Positions 19,715-29,985 of a DNA stretch of 64,000 bases are shown here, piece after piece. This DNA comes from an uncultured Pseudobdellovibrionaceae bacterium (GTDB taxonomy: Bacteria; Bdellovibrionota; Bdellovibrionia; Bdellovibrionales; JAGQZY01): contig CAYNTO010000013.1 in the NCBI GenBank assembly GCA_964400355.1, forward strand, positions 8,041 through 72,040. The letters are read 5' to 3'. A model generated the notes under the pieces. That model was not told the origin of the DNA, searched no databases, and was given only the letters and a program-made list of their open reading frames with translations. A program made the translations under genes and the position numbers. Position 1 is the first letter of the stretch, and every line of letters starts with the position of its first letter.

Positions 19715-20016
19715 GGTCGGACATCGGCAAAGTCTCGCATCCTTCGTTGCTTGGTCGGGCTGCTTGTGCGGCGTACTTGCGTACGCCTCCGCGCAACCCT
19801 CGGTCGCGCCTCGGCTTCGAGCCTTTTCCGAGTGTCCTCAAATCTGAGTGATAACATCAACTCGACTATCGTCTGCGTCGCGCCTACGCGGAACATTCTT
19901 CCTTCTCCGGAGGTCTGTCTTAGGTAAGGCTTTTTGATTTTCTGCTCCACACGCTCACGTGTTGGCCTGATACTATCTATATATATACATCACATTGGAC
20001 TTAGATCTAGGACATC

Positions 20017-21021
20017 ATGGTATCGGCGAATCTCATCATCATCCAACTTCTCCATGCGCAAACCAACCAAGCGGATTTTTTACGGCTGTGTTGGGAAAAA
20101 CTCACTAAAAATCAAAAACGAGAAATTTTCCACTTTTTGTATCTTTCCAATCAGCACAAAACATTCTTGAGTGCACTGCGCATGGAAATCAATGTTGAAG
20201 ATCCAGTAATACCATGGACTCACTTGTTCGCAGTTCTCAACGCCGCCAACAAACTCAATCCGGATGTGGTGAAAACATTTGTCAACTCCAGCACCTCCGG
20301 TAGCGAGATCGGTCGTTTCCGCATCAATCAACCGGATCTGATTGAACTGTGGAACAAACGAAAGCAGGAAGCCTCGGCACGCTACGAATCGCGCAAACGC
20401 GATCTCATAAAAGAATTGGACTTTGCGCGACGACAAGGTTTTAAAGATCAACGCCAACGAATTCTGGATGAACTGGAGAGTTTGTATCCTGGTGATGCGG
20501 AAGTGGAAGCAGCGTTTCAATCTGAGCGCGAACTTCATGCGCGAAGCACTATTCACAAAGTGTTTCAAAAAAAATTGGCGCAAAACGACTGGTTCCCCAC
20601 ATCTAACGACATTGATCCGGCTGTTGCAAAAGAGCTTCTGCAGTTTTCAAAAAAATATTTGAAAAAGCACCCATCACTCACAATCGATATTGCCATTTTG
20701 TTTTACCAAATGGACATGTATGAAGAAGCACTACTTATTCTCGATAGCAGCAAAGAGAAAACATCCCATATCCTTTGGTACGCCCTTCAGATTTCAATCG
20801 ATGGCAAGCAATACGCTCGAGCGCTATCCGTAATTGAACAATTACGCCATCGACAACTCAATAACGACAACTCCTTTTCACTACTCTACCATCAAGCGCT
20901 CGCGCTCTTTGGGCTCGGCCAAAAATCTGAGGCCAAGCAGATCATCGCCAACATCGTAAAAATTCGACCAGATTATCGATCCGCAGACTCGTTGCTCATA
21001 GAGTGGGACAACGAAAAATGA
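20017..21021 (+). CDS. hypothetical helical/TPR-like protein, first gene of the TamB-like/Omp85 operon
   Basis: 334-aa ORF with TPR-like C-terminal helices. Its TGA overlaps the ATG of the TamB-like gene. Confidence 0.5.
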   Translation: MVSANLIIIQLLHAQTNQADFLRLCWEKLTKNQKREIFHFLYLSNQHKTFLSALRMEINVEDPVIPWTHLFAVLNAANKLNPDVVKTFVNSSTSGSEIGRFRINQPDLIELWNKRKQEASARYESRKRDLIKELDFARRQGFKDQRQRILDELESLYPGDAEVEAAFQSERELHARSTIHKVFQKKLAQNDWFPTSNDIDPAVAKELLQFSKKYLKKHPSLTIDIAILFYQMDMYEEALLILDSSKEKTSHILWYALQISIDGKQYARALSVIEQLRHRQLNNDNSFSLLYHQALALFGLGQKSEAKQIIANIVKIRPDYRSADSLLIEWDNEK

Positions 21022-24000
21022 AGAGACGCATTCTTGTTGCCGTCTTTTCGGTTCTTTTACTGGGATTGTTGTTTGCTATGTCCATGTCGTGGAATATTGC
21101 GAAGATCGACAACATCGTCCACTCCGAGTTGAAAAACCTCGAAAAGCACGGAATACCGGTCGCAGCAACGGCCGGGAAGTCTTACTTTCGCATCTTACCT
21201 CTCGAACTCACTGTCGCCGATGTAAAAATCGATCCCCAAGGAGAATTGGCCTCGCAAGTGAAGCCTGTCGAAGTATCATCGATTACGGTAAGGCCTAGCA
21301 TTTGGCACCTGGCGGTAGGTAAAATTCACATCTCAAAATTGATTGTTCGTCACGCCCAAGTCCATGTAACGATCAAAGAGCAAAAGAGCTCTGCGCCCCT
21401 GGATCTTGATATTTTTAAAATTCTCAAAACCATTCCAATTAGCAAGATCGAATTGGAAAATATTTCTGTAATGGCCAATACCCGTGTTGAATCTCAATCG
21501 GTTGTTGCGGAGCTCAAAGGTATCGATTCGACAATAATCAACGAGAGAGATTTTTTAAACCTGAGCCTGCGCGTTCACGAAGTCTCCGCCACACTTGATA
21601 AAATTATTGTTTTGCAAAAGGGATTTTTTGAGACCAAGTTTATTGTTACCAAGAACAATCTGGTGATCTCCGATTTCAAACTCAAAGAGCAATCCTCTTT
21701 TCTCGTGGCCGCGGGCACGTCTCAAATCAACTTAAAGAAAAAAACGTTCGGTAAAGGCAATATAAACATTCGCGCCGAAACAAGTAGCGAGAAGATCCGC
21801 TTTATTTACAAGCTCATCACCAAAAAAGAAAAAACGCCGCTCGATAGTATCCATACGCTGTTTCGTGGTGATGTCCGTCTCGGACTCAATTCGAAACTCG
21901 AAAACACCGAGGCGCAGATCGAAGCTGCTCTGTTTAACTTCCAGTATGATAAATTCCGGGTCGGGAACCTGTTAGCCAAAGCGAGCTACAATGGTAGCGA
22001 AAAGAAAATTAATATTCAGGAAGCGCGCCTCACCAACAATGGCGTAACTGCTCACACCAAGAGCACTGTTTTTCGCATCGATACGCTGAGCTTCGATCCC
22101 GTGGACGTCAACATTAAGATGTTTCGCCTAAAGGATTACATGCTCTACGCTCTTAACAATAAACTCACCTCAGATGTACATGCTTCTGGTGACTTTAATT
22201 GCGAAGGCGCTCTGGAAAACTTAAGAATCGTTTGCAAAGGGCAACTGGATGCAGACTCTATTGCAGTTAACTCTGCAAGTAACCAACCCATTATTCATCT
22301 TCCCAGTGCGCACGGTAGCGGAGCACTCACTGTTACAGCCAAAGATGTTTCCTATACGGCCGAAATCGAAGCATTGAGCTCGATCGGCTCATCATCCGGG
22401 ACAATCAGTTACGACAATGGATTCGATATTCAATTTGCATCTCCTAAACTCAATGCCACAGAAATTAAACACCTGAGCAAATTAGAGATTGGTGGTTCAG
22501 CAAAAGTGAAGGGAAGCACAAAAGGAAATAGCAAGACGGCAACGTTCGAGTTGACAATGGATGCCGAAAATTTTGAACTCAACCGATTCAAACTCGGCAA
22601 TCTTTCCAGCCAATTGCGTTACAAGAGCGGCTCTCTCTACTTCTCAAAAATTCAAGGAGCTCTCGTCAGCTCCCGCTATCTGGGCGATTTAGACATCAAT
22701 CTCTCCTCGGACACGATGAGCGGCAAGTTGCAATTCCCGTTTATCGACTTATCGGTGGTACAGGATTCGATTAAAAGTCACCTGGACATTCCAGTGCCAC
22801 TCTCGGGCTCGGGTTCGGCAATTGTGAGCCTCAATAGCCCGCTCGATATCAAGAAGCTAGCTCTTCAAGCCAAAGCCCGCCTCTATAACTGCAAGGTGGC
22901 AGACCAGCATATCGACAACATCGATTTGGATGTGATTTCCGAAAATGGCAAACTGCAACTGCGCTCCGCCACTCTCGAAGAAAAGAGCACAAGTCTTCGC
23001 GTAGGTGGCGACATCAACATACGATCAGAGGAATTTGATCTCAATTTTTCCAGTAAGAGGGCCCACACCGAAGACATCGTTTACACCTCATCTGTGCTCA
23101 AAAAAATCAAAGGGACGGTAAAAGTTGAAGGGACAATTACTAAAACATTTAAGGCTCCGGCCATTGCCATGGATTTTACATCCGACGAATTCTTCTATGC
23201 CAAGCAATCTCTTGCTCCGTTATCAGGCAAGCTCTTTTTCTCCCGGGACAACATTTCGGCCGCCGTTAAAGGTGGAGAAAAGTTTCAGGTGTTGTTTGTC
23301 AATCACAGTAACTCGCCGACCTACCAGCTCGAAGGTTTCACCAATGCCTTTGATCTCTCACCGATAATTGCCACCACATTGGACTCCGATGCAGTCGATA
23401 GCTTTTACCTAACCAGCTCTACGAAGTTCAATTTGAAAATTCCTAAAACCAATGTGGAAACAGCCAGTGGATATGCGCAGATCTCTGAACTCAACATATC
23501 CTCCAATAAAAACAACGTAGCCATTGAAACCCCGGTTTCCTTGTTTTTAACAAACGGCAAACTCAACTTCTCTACTTTTGCCCTTAAGGGAAGCGGCGGC
23601 CAACTCACCTTTTCTTCGACGCCAAATAGCACGGTTCCCGTGGACATTCGCGTCTCCGGGGTGTTTAGCCTTTCGTTGCTCCATATTTTCGCACCATTTT
23701 TAGAAACCATTGAAGGTCAAACCACAATCAACCTCAAACTCAAATATGGTCGTGGCACCACAGAGATGGTCGGTTCCGCTTATGTCGATGACGGCTATAT
23801 AAAGCTCGAACAAATCCAACACGCTGTAGAAAACATGAAAGCCGATGTGCTATTCAATCAAGATCGCATTGTCCTTAACGCAATCAACGCAAAGTTTGCA
23901 TCCGGAACCTTAGTCGGCGATGGCGCACTCGCTTTTAAAGGCCCTAAGAATATTCCGTTAAACTTGAACTTCTTTCTCGACAACGTCAACTTGAACATGC

Positions 24001-25019
24001 CCGCTCAAGTAAACACACAAGGAAACGCCTCTTTAAAGCTATCGGGCAGTTGGCTTCCATTTACACTTTCTGGTGAGTACCAGGTGTTCGATGGTGAGGT
24101 CACAAAAGAGCTGGGCGGCGGATCCGAATCATCTCTCGATAGTCCTTACCATATTTTCTTACCGCAGACGCTACGGCAAAAAACCGCATCCCCACTGGCA
24201 TTGGATTTGAACGTTGTTTTAAAAAATCCATTAAAAATTAAGAACAGTTTGATCGATGGAAAACTGGATGGTGCGCTTCACGTGGCAGGCTTTCCGGAAA
24301 CGCCCTCATTAAAAGGGAAAATAGCTCTGAGCCGCAACTCGCTTCTCAACTTTAAAGACGTGCAGTTTCGTGTTCGGGACTCGAGTATAGTATTTAACGG
24401 CGATGCACCTCCAAACCCTGACATCTACGTGACCGCCAACACCGACTACAAGGGGTACTACATCGATATGCAGGTTTATGGCGCCGCTAGCAAACCCAAA
24501 TTCAAACTCACCAGCCAGCCCAACCTGTCGGAGCAAGAGATAATTTCGTTACTGACTCTCGGCTACACCAATGATGTCAATTTACAGGCACAATCAGCGA
24601 CACAGTCACCGACGCAAAACAACTTTGCCAGTTTTGCGAATTTTAATAACAGCTCTACGCAATCAAACATCGAAGTCGGGACTGGACTCTTCTCGCAGAA
24701 TCCTCTTGGAAAAGAATTCAAGGACCGCTTTGGTTTTGATGTGCAATTTTCTTCGAGTTTCGACACCGCAAACAGTGTCGCCACCCCAAAAGTATCCGTC
24801 GGTAAAAAACTCTCCGACAAAATGACAATCACAGGGAGCGCGCTCACTGGCAAAGATCGTCGTTACGATGCAAAACTCCGTTACGAACTCAATCGCGATC
24901 TGTACGGCACGGCGAGTATTACGACCCGGACACAAGACGACGCTGCCATTCAAAACTTAGGAAACCAGAGGCCCGAGGTGATCGGCGTGGATCTGGAATA
25001 CCGAAAGGAATTTAAGTGA
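21018..25019 (+). CDS. tamB: TamB-like translocation and assembly module protein (AsmA-like, DUF490-type C-terminus)
   Basis: N-terminal TM anchor (MKRRILVAVFSVLLLGLLFA), more than 1300 aa of beta-rich sequence, and a C-terminal LTSQPNLSEQEIISLLTLG region. Followed by an Omp85 gene. Confidence 0.75.
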   Translation: MKRRILVAVFSVLLLGLLFAMSMSWNIAKIDNIVHSELKNLEKHGIPVAATAGKSYFRILPLELTVADVKIDPQGELASQVKPVEVSSITVRPSIWHLAVGKIHISKLIVRHAQVHVTIKEQKSSAPLDLDIFKILKTIPISKIELENISVMANTRVESQSVVAELKGIDSTIINERDFLNLSLRVHEVSATLDKIIVLQKGFFETKFIVTKNNLVISDFKLKEQSSFLVAAGTSQINLKKKTFGKGNINIRAETSSEKIRFIYKLITKKEKTPLDSIHTLFRGDVRLGLNSKLENTEAQIEAALFNFQYDKFRVGNLLAKASYNGSEKKINIQEARLTNNGVTAHTKSTVFRIDTLSFDPVDVNIKMFRLKDYMLYALNNKLTSDVHASGDFNCEGALENLRIVCKGQLDADSIAVNSASNQPIIHLPSAHGSGALTVTAKDVSYTAEIEALSSIGSSSGTISYDNGFDIQFASPKLNATEIKHLSKLEIGGSAKVKGSTKGNSKTATFELTMDAENFELNRFKLGNLSSQLRYKSGSLYFSKIQGALVSSRYLGDLDINLSSDTMSGKLQFPFIDLSVVQDSIKSHLDIPVPLSGSGSAIVSLNSPLDIKKLALQAKARLYNCKVADQHIDNIDLDVISENGKLQLRSATLEEKSTSLRVGGDINIRSEEFDLNFSSKRAHTEDIVYTSSVLKKIKGTVKVEGTITKTFKAPAIAMDFTSDEFFYAKQSLAPLSGKLFFSRDNISAAVKGGEKFQVLFVNHSNSPTYQLEGFTNAFDLSPIIATTLDSDAVDSFYLTSSTKFNLKIPKTNVETASGYAQISELNISSNKNNVAIETPVSLFLTNGKLNFSTFALKGSGGQLTFSSTPNSTVPVDIRVSGVFSLSLLHIFAPFLETIEGQTTINLKLKYGRGTTEMVGSAYVDDGYIKLEQIQHAVENMKADVLFNQDRIVLNAINAKFASGTLVGDGALAFKGPKNIPLNLNFFLDNVNLNMPAQVNTQGNASLKLSGSWLPFTLSGEYQVFDGEVTKELGGGSESSLDSPYHIFLPQTLRQKTASPLALDLNVVLKNPLKIKNSLIDGKLDGALHVAGFPETPSLKGKIALSRNSLLNFKDVQFRVRDSSIVFNGDAPPNPDIYVTANTDYKGYYIDMQVYGAASKPKFKLTSQPNLSEQEIISLLTLGYTNDVNLQAQSATQSPTQNNFASFANFNNSSTQSNIEVGTGLFSQNPLGKEFKDRFGFDVQFSSSFDTANSVATPKVSVGKKLSDKMTITGSALTGKDRRYDAKLRYELNRDLYGTASITTRTQDDAAIQNLGNQRPEVIGVDLEYRKEFK

Positions 25020-27826
25020 TATTTGCTTCACTTATTATGTTCCTTTTAAATGCGCCGTCGTCTTGGGCTCAAGACCGCTACGCCGTTCACCCATCGAGCA
25101 GCGCTGTGGTAAAAAAAATTCTGGGTTCGTCCGCGGGCTCACTGAGCCAAGCGCAAGTGCATGAAGTGCTCAAGGGCCTGAGCGCCACCGACAAGATCCA
25201 GTCCGCCCGGGTGGAACTCAGCGGGGGAAAAATTCTTTTTGTAGTCGAAGAGCTTAAAAAACAGCAAAAATTGATTATTAGCGGTAACCAGGCTCTCACC
25301 GAATCGGAAATTGTCGCGGTCATAGGCGCTGACAAAACGCCACAACTCACCTTGGATCTTGTGCAAAGCGCGCTACCCAGGCTGAAAGAACGTTACCAGG
25401 CGATTGGTTTACGCAATGTAGATATCCAATTGCGCGAAAACTCCGATAGCGAAGTCACCGAGTACTACATCGATGTGAACGAGGGACGATCCGCAACGCT
25501 TGAAGATGTAGTGGTCCTGTCCCAAGATCAGTCTTTAAATGCCAATATCCGTTATGCACTGTCTGGATATCGTGGGCGGCCCATTGATAAAACTGTAATG
25601 AAGGAAATCGAAAAAACAATTTCGGATCTCCTCATCTCAGACCGCATGTTGGGGGCAAAAATTTCGAAAATCGCACCCATCTACAATCAAGATCGCAGTT
25701 CCGCAAAAATCACGGTGACCATAGAAGCCGCCCTCTCTTACGAATTTATATTCGATGGAAACACATACTTTTCGGCAGGCAACATAATCAGCCATTTCGA
25801 TTTAGAAAAAAACTATCTGAATTACATAAAAAACTCCAATCTTTTGATAAAAGACGTCGAAAGCATGTACCGCGACCACGGATTTGCCAATGCGAAAGTA
25901 GAAACAGAGAGTATCGTTTACGAGAAACAAAAAAAGACGGTGATTTTATTCCGCATCCAAGAGGGAAAACAGCTTAAAATTAGAAATATTGTTGTCAGTG
26001 GAAAAATCACGCGTGCTCCCTCTCACTATGAACAAATGATCTACAATAATCTCGGGGAGATGAATAATTCGTCACTTTTCGTTAAACACAATATGGATCG
26101 CGCCATCGAGAAAGTTGCAGTTACTCTCAAGGACGAGGGTTATCTCAAAGCCGAGGCCATGCCCATTAACTATAAAATTAACGATGATGCAACAGTCGAC
26201 ATTCTAGTTCAGATCAACGAAAATATGCTCACGCAAATCCGCAACATTCAGTTTGTAGGAATAAAACAGTTCACCTCCAACCAACTCCACGACGTGATCG
26301 ATCTCAAACCCAACTCCACACTGAACCTGGTTAAAGTTTACGAGAGCTTTTCCAAGCTCCGCACTTTCTATCAGAAGAACGGATTCCTTGAATTCAAGAT
26401 CACCACCTCACCAGAAAGCCTGATTCGCTATTTAGACAACTTTGAGTTTGCTGACCTCAAATACGAAATCGTTGAAGGCCCGCAAATTGTGATCAAAGAT
26501 ATACAAGTGCGCGGTAATACCTTTACAAAAGGTAAGGTTATCTTACGCGAGATCGATCTAAAACCCGGTATGGTACTCACCTCGGATGTTATCAACGATT
26601 CGATAATTTTTTTAGAGCGCACACAGCTCTTTGCACGTGCGCAGATTCAAACCAGCGATGCAGATACCGATGTTAGCGAACGAACGATTTTTGTGGATAT
26701 CGTTGAAAAGAATCCTGGTTTGTTTTCGAGCGGTATCGGGATCTCGAACGATCGCGACATCACCTTGCGCGGGAACGTGGGCGTGAGCTACAACAATATC
26801 CGCGGAAGTGGCCGTGGAGCCAGCGCGCGTGGAGATCTGCGCTACTCGCTGAATAATGATGTGCAGTATCCAGAGAACCGCGTTGTGCTTGGCTACTACG
26901 AACCTTTTCTATTTTTTAACAGGTTACGAGCGCGTATTAACTTGGTTCGCGAACAACTGATTATTTTCGCCGATCCTGATTCTTCAGATCTCACCGTGCA
27001 AACCAATAACGAATTCAGCTGGTACTTGGAAAAGCAATGGACCCGGCGTCTCAAGCTGCTATGGAATACCTATAGCTTGTCGAGCATCCGAACCTTCAAT
27101 AAGAGCGACGGCGCCACGCGCGAGAGCATCGAGGTGGCAACCATAGGACCCGGCTTCGAATGGGATCGCCGCGATGATACATTTGTGCCAGCTGATGGAA
27201 CGTTCACCACCGCGCTAGCGGAATACTCCAACCCAGCCATGGGAAGCTCGGATGATGCCACTCGATATATCGACTTTGTTCGCTTAACCGCAGGCCATAC
27301 GATCTACACACCTCTAACCGAGAACAAGCGTTGGGTGTTTGTGAACGATTTTCGCTGGGGATTCCTAGACAACCTTAGTAATAAGGCCAATTCCGGAGTT
27401 CCCTTTAACAAATTGTTCTACATCGGTGGACGCTCTACTCTTCGTGGTTTTGATCTGCGCCGTGACGAGCGTGTGCCTTCTCTCACTGAAATTTGCGCCA
27501 AGACCGGCACTGCCTGTGAAGGTATCGATGACTTCTTTGTAAAAACGTCTTCCAACTACTATTTGGTGAAAACAGAACTACGCTTTCCTCTCCGCAAAGA
27601 ATTGGGTGGATTGTTGTTTTATGATGGCGGCGCCGTATTTATTAAAGGAATCGACATCAAAGATCGCTATCGCGATACTGCTGGCTTTGGGATTCGCTAT
27701 GTAACTCCTATTGGAGCGCTTTCTGCGGAGCTCGGCTTTAAATTAGACCGTAAAACCGCAACTCCGGGAGTCTATTCCACTGACGAACGCCCGTTCGTCT
27801 TCCATATTTCAATTGGTTCGTATTAA
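25016..27826 (+). CDS. Omp85-family outer-membrane protein (BamA/TamA-like) with multiple POTRA domains
   Basis: Signal peptide, repeated POTRA-like units (e.g. IRNIQFVGIKQFTSNQL, IKDIQVRGNTFTKGKVILREI) and a C-terminal beta-barrel with YIGGRSTLRGF. GTGA overlap with the TamB-like gene. Confidence 0.85.
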   Translation: MIFASLIMFLLNAPSSWAQDRYAVHPSSSAVVKKILGSSAGSLSQAQVHEVLKGLSATDKIQSARVELSGGKILFVVEELKKQQKLIISGNQALTESEIVAVIGADKTPQLTLDLVQSALPRLKERYQAIGLRNVDIQLRENSDSEVTEYYIDVNEGRSATLEDVVVLSQDQSLNANIRYALSGYRGRPIDKTVMKEIEKTISDLLISDRMLGAKISKIAPIYNQDRSSAKITVTIEAALSYEFIFDGNTYFSAGNIISHFDLEKNYLNYIKNSNLLIKDVESMYRDHGFANAKVETESIVYEKQKKTVILFRIQEGKQLKIRNIVVSGKITRAPSHYEQMIYNNLGEMNNSSLFVKHNMDRAIEKVAVTLKDEGYLKAEAMPINYKINDDATVDILVQINENMLTQIRNIQFVGIKQFTSNQLHDVIDLKPNSTLNLVKVYESFSKLRTFYQKNGFLEFKITTSPESLIRYLDNFEFADLKYEIVEGPQIVIKDIQVRGNTFTKGKVILREIDLKPGMVLTSDVINDSIIFLERTQLFARAQIQTSDADTDVSERTIFVDIVEKNPGLFSSGIGISNDRDITLRGNVGVSYNNIRGSGRGASARGDLRYSLNNDVQYPENRVVLGYYEPFLFFNRLRARINLVREQLIIFADPDSSDLTVQTNNEFSWYLEKQWTRRLKLLWNTYSLSSIRTFNKSDGATRESIEVATIGPGFEWDRRDDTFVPADGTFTTALAEYSNPAMGSSDDATRYIDFVRLTAGHTIYTPLTENKRWVFVNDFRWGFLDNLSNKANSGVPFNKLFYIGGRSTLRGFDLRRDERVPSLTEICAKTGTACEGIDDFFVKTSSNYYLVKTELRFPLRKELGGLLFYDGGAVFIKGIDIKDRYRDTAGFGIRYVTPIGALSAELGFKLDRKTATPGVYSTDERPFVFHISIGSY

Positions 27827-27835
27827 AAAGATCAG

Positions 27836-28678
27836 TTAGAACATATTTGGGTCAAATTTAAGTCCCATCCTAGTGCAAATGACCCGCACGATTTCCGTGG
27901 CCGTTTCTTCCAAGGCCCGCTCAGTGACATTGAACACAGGCCAACGTTTATTTTGCCCGAAGATCTCTTTGGCGTAATCGATCTCATCATAAATTTTATC
28001 TAGCCTTGCATAATCACCACCAGGATCCTGGCCAAATTTCTCGAGGCGGTTGCGGCGAATGCGCTGCAAGGAATCCGGTTCGATGATAAGACCAACTATT
28101 TTACGCTGGTCCACCTTGAATAACTCCTCTGGCAAAGGCACGCCAATGACCATGGGAATATTCACAACTTTCCAGCCCTTGTGACTTAGAAACAAACTCA
28201 AAGGCGTTTTGCTCGTGCGGCTTATGCCCACCAATATGATATCCGCTTTGTCTATATCGTTGAGCAGTTTGCCGTCGTCATGGCGAACCGTAAACTCGAT
28301 CGCTTCCACACGGCGGTAGTACTTTTCGTCCACGGCATGCAATAGACCCATTTGTTTTTCTGCCGGATTGTCGACGTGAAAAAAATCATCCAACTCGGTG
28401 AGTAGCGGACCCAATAGGTCCACCTGCTTTAAACCAAGACCGGTGGCCTTGTCGCGAACGACTTGGCGCAGCTGGGGAGTAACGAATGTATGAATGATAA
28501 AGGCTTTCTTCTCGTAGGCGTCTTCGATTGTGGATTCTAGCTGCTGCACGGTTCTCAGATTCTTACCGCGCACGATATTGAAGTCATGGCCAGTATAGTG
28601 AACTAAGGCCGCTTTGGTCATGGTCATGGCCGTTTCGCCCGTCCCATCTGAGAGCACATAGATAAAAATCTTTTCCAT
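27836..28678 (-). CDS. ppsR: PEP synthetase / PPDK regulatory kinase-phosphorylase (DUF299)
   Basis: MEKIFIYVLSDGTGETA N-terminus and P-loop-like LVGISRTSKTPLS. The start is set at ATG 28678. The 95 upstream codons of the track ORF look non-coding. Confidence 0.85.
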   Translation of the reverse strand: MEKIFIYVLSDGTGETAMTMTKAALVHYTGHDFNIVRGKNLRTVQQLESTIEDAYEKKAFIIHTFVTPQLRQVVRDKATGLGLKQVDLLGPLLTELDDFFHVDNPAEKQMGLLHAVDEKYYRRVEAIEFTVRHDDGKLLNDIDKADIILVGISRTSKTPLSLFLSHKGWKVVNIPMVIGVPLPEELFKVDQRKIVGLIIEPDSLQRIRRNRLEKFGQDPGGDYARLDKIYDEIDYAKEIFGQNKRWPVFNVTERALEETATEIVRVICTRMGLKFDPNMF

Positions 28679-28686
28679 GGTCGTCC

Positions 28687-29022
28687 TTACTGTAAAAGTC
28701 GAAATTTTTCGCGGTCGATGCTCGCAATGTCTGAAAAGATGCGATTGGTGCTCGGGAATACTAACGTTGTGGGCTTGCCGAGGTCTTCCCACTTGGTGCG
28801 AATGGTTTGAGCCGAGACGTCTTTCGTACCATCTACAAACAAAACGTGGCGCGCTGGAAAGTCGTTCACGCTCATGTGTAAAACGATCGATGGCGAAGCT
28901 TTGAGATCCTGGAAGTATTTTGTAATCTGAAAACGAGACAAGTAGTTGAGATAGTGAAACCAACTATTTTTGGTGTCGGCATCCACAATCCACAGTTGAT
29001 ACTCGGAGCTCACCGGTTCCAC
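28687..29022 (-). CDS. hypothetical protein (111 aa)
   Basis: Protein-like composition. GTG start 3 nt after the nusB stop, filling the nusB-ppsR gap. No motif recognised. Confidence 0.45.
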   Translation of the reverse strand: MEPVSSEYQLWIVDADTKNSWFHYLNYLSRFQITKYFQDLKASPSIVLHMSVNDFPARHVLFVDGTKDVSAQTIRTKWEDLGKPTTLVFPSTNRIFSDIASIDREKFRLLQ

Positions 29023-29025
29023 AAA

Positions 29026-29448
29026 TTAGCTCTCCCGCCGAACTTCAGTGGTGTATACTTTATCCAAGATTCCATTAATAAAACCTGGCGCATCGAGCGA
29101 GCTGTATTTTTTCGCAAGCTCTATCGCTTCATCGATCGCTACGACAGGCGGAGTGGGTGTTCGCAAAAAAAGCATTTCCGCGATACCCATGCGCAAGATG
29201 TTGAGATCTACCAGCGACAATCGACTCACACTCCAATTATTCGCATATTTTTCAATCAGAGCGTCGAGCGCCGAAAGATTTGTAGCGACTGTGACAATCA
29301 ATTCTTTAGAATGAATCACATCCTGGTTATCAATGGACAAATATTTTTGATACAAATCAAAAAGCTCATCGAGGCTTTTTGTTTTTAGAAACTCTTTTTG
29401 GAAGAGGACTTGTAGAGCCAGTTCCCGAGATTGCCGCTTGTTCATCAT
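29026..29448 (-). CDS. nusB: transcription antitermination factor NusB
   Basis: SRELALQVLFQ N-terminus and AVAIDEAIELAKKY motif. Confidence 0.9.
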   Translation of the reverse strand: MMNKRQSRELALQVLFQKEFLKTKSLDELFDLYQKYLSIDNQDVIHSKELIVTVATNLSALDALIEKYANNWSVSRLSLVDLNILRMGIAEMLFLRTPTPPVVAIDEAIELAKKYSSLDAPGFINGILDKVYTTEVRRES

Positions 29449-29891
29449 TCGATATTTCCTAACTGGCTCACAAAATCATTTAAATCATTAAAACTTTGAT
29501 GCACGCTCGCAAATCGCACAGACGCTACTTGATCCACTTCCATAAGTCCTGAGAGCACGCGTAAACCGATATCGCGCGATGAAACCTCATCGGCAAACGA
29601 TTTTTCAGCCCAATCCACGACAGATCTAACAATCTCTGAAAGTTGCTCTTTTGTCACGGGACGCTTTACACAGGAGGCCTGAACACCCTTGAGAATTTTA
29701 GTCTTGGAAAACACCTCTCGGCGACCGTTTTTTTTGACCACCTTCGGCAGCGTCAAAATCAGCGATTCCTGGGTCGAAAAACGAAATTCACACTTCTCAC
29801 ACTCGCGGCGGCGGCGGGTGGTGAGGTTGTCATTCGAACTTCGCGTCTCGATGACTCTCAATTGCTGGGAACTGCATTTGGGGCATTTCAT
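29445..29891 (-). CDS. nrdR: transcriptional repressor NrdR
   Basis: MKCPKCSSQQLRVIETR...RRRRECEKCEFRFST zinc ribbon plus an ATP-cone. ATG 29891 is preferred over 29939. Confidence 0.95.
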   Translation of the reverse strand: MKCPKCSSQQLRVIETRSSNDNLTTRRRRECEKCEFRFSTQESLILTLPKVVKKNGRREVFSKTKILKGVQASCVKRPVTKEQLSEIVRSVVDWAEKSFADEVSSRDIGLRVLSGLMEVDQVASVRFASVHQSFNDLNDFVSQLGNIE

Positions 29892-29985
29892 TTCGGGAGA
29901 AAAAATCTCATTAGAACAGCCTAAGGTCAAGGGTTTCAAACCCCGTTTTCTTGAACGTTTTTAAGTCCTTAATTACAATAGAGAG

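Noticed and set aside
19537-19950. 137-aa and 72-aa minus-strand ORFs across the efp 3' region
   Set aside because: They run antisense into efp and through the GC-rich structured segment. They are Arg-rich and low in complexity, so they are an artefact of GC-rich sequence.
28679-28963. N-terminal extension of the ppsR ORF (track start 28963)
   Set aside because: The conserved PSRP N-terminus (MEKIFIYVLSDGTGETA) starts at 28678 with an RBS. The extension overlaps a more protein-like 111-aa ORF in another frame.
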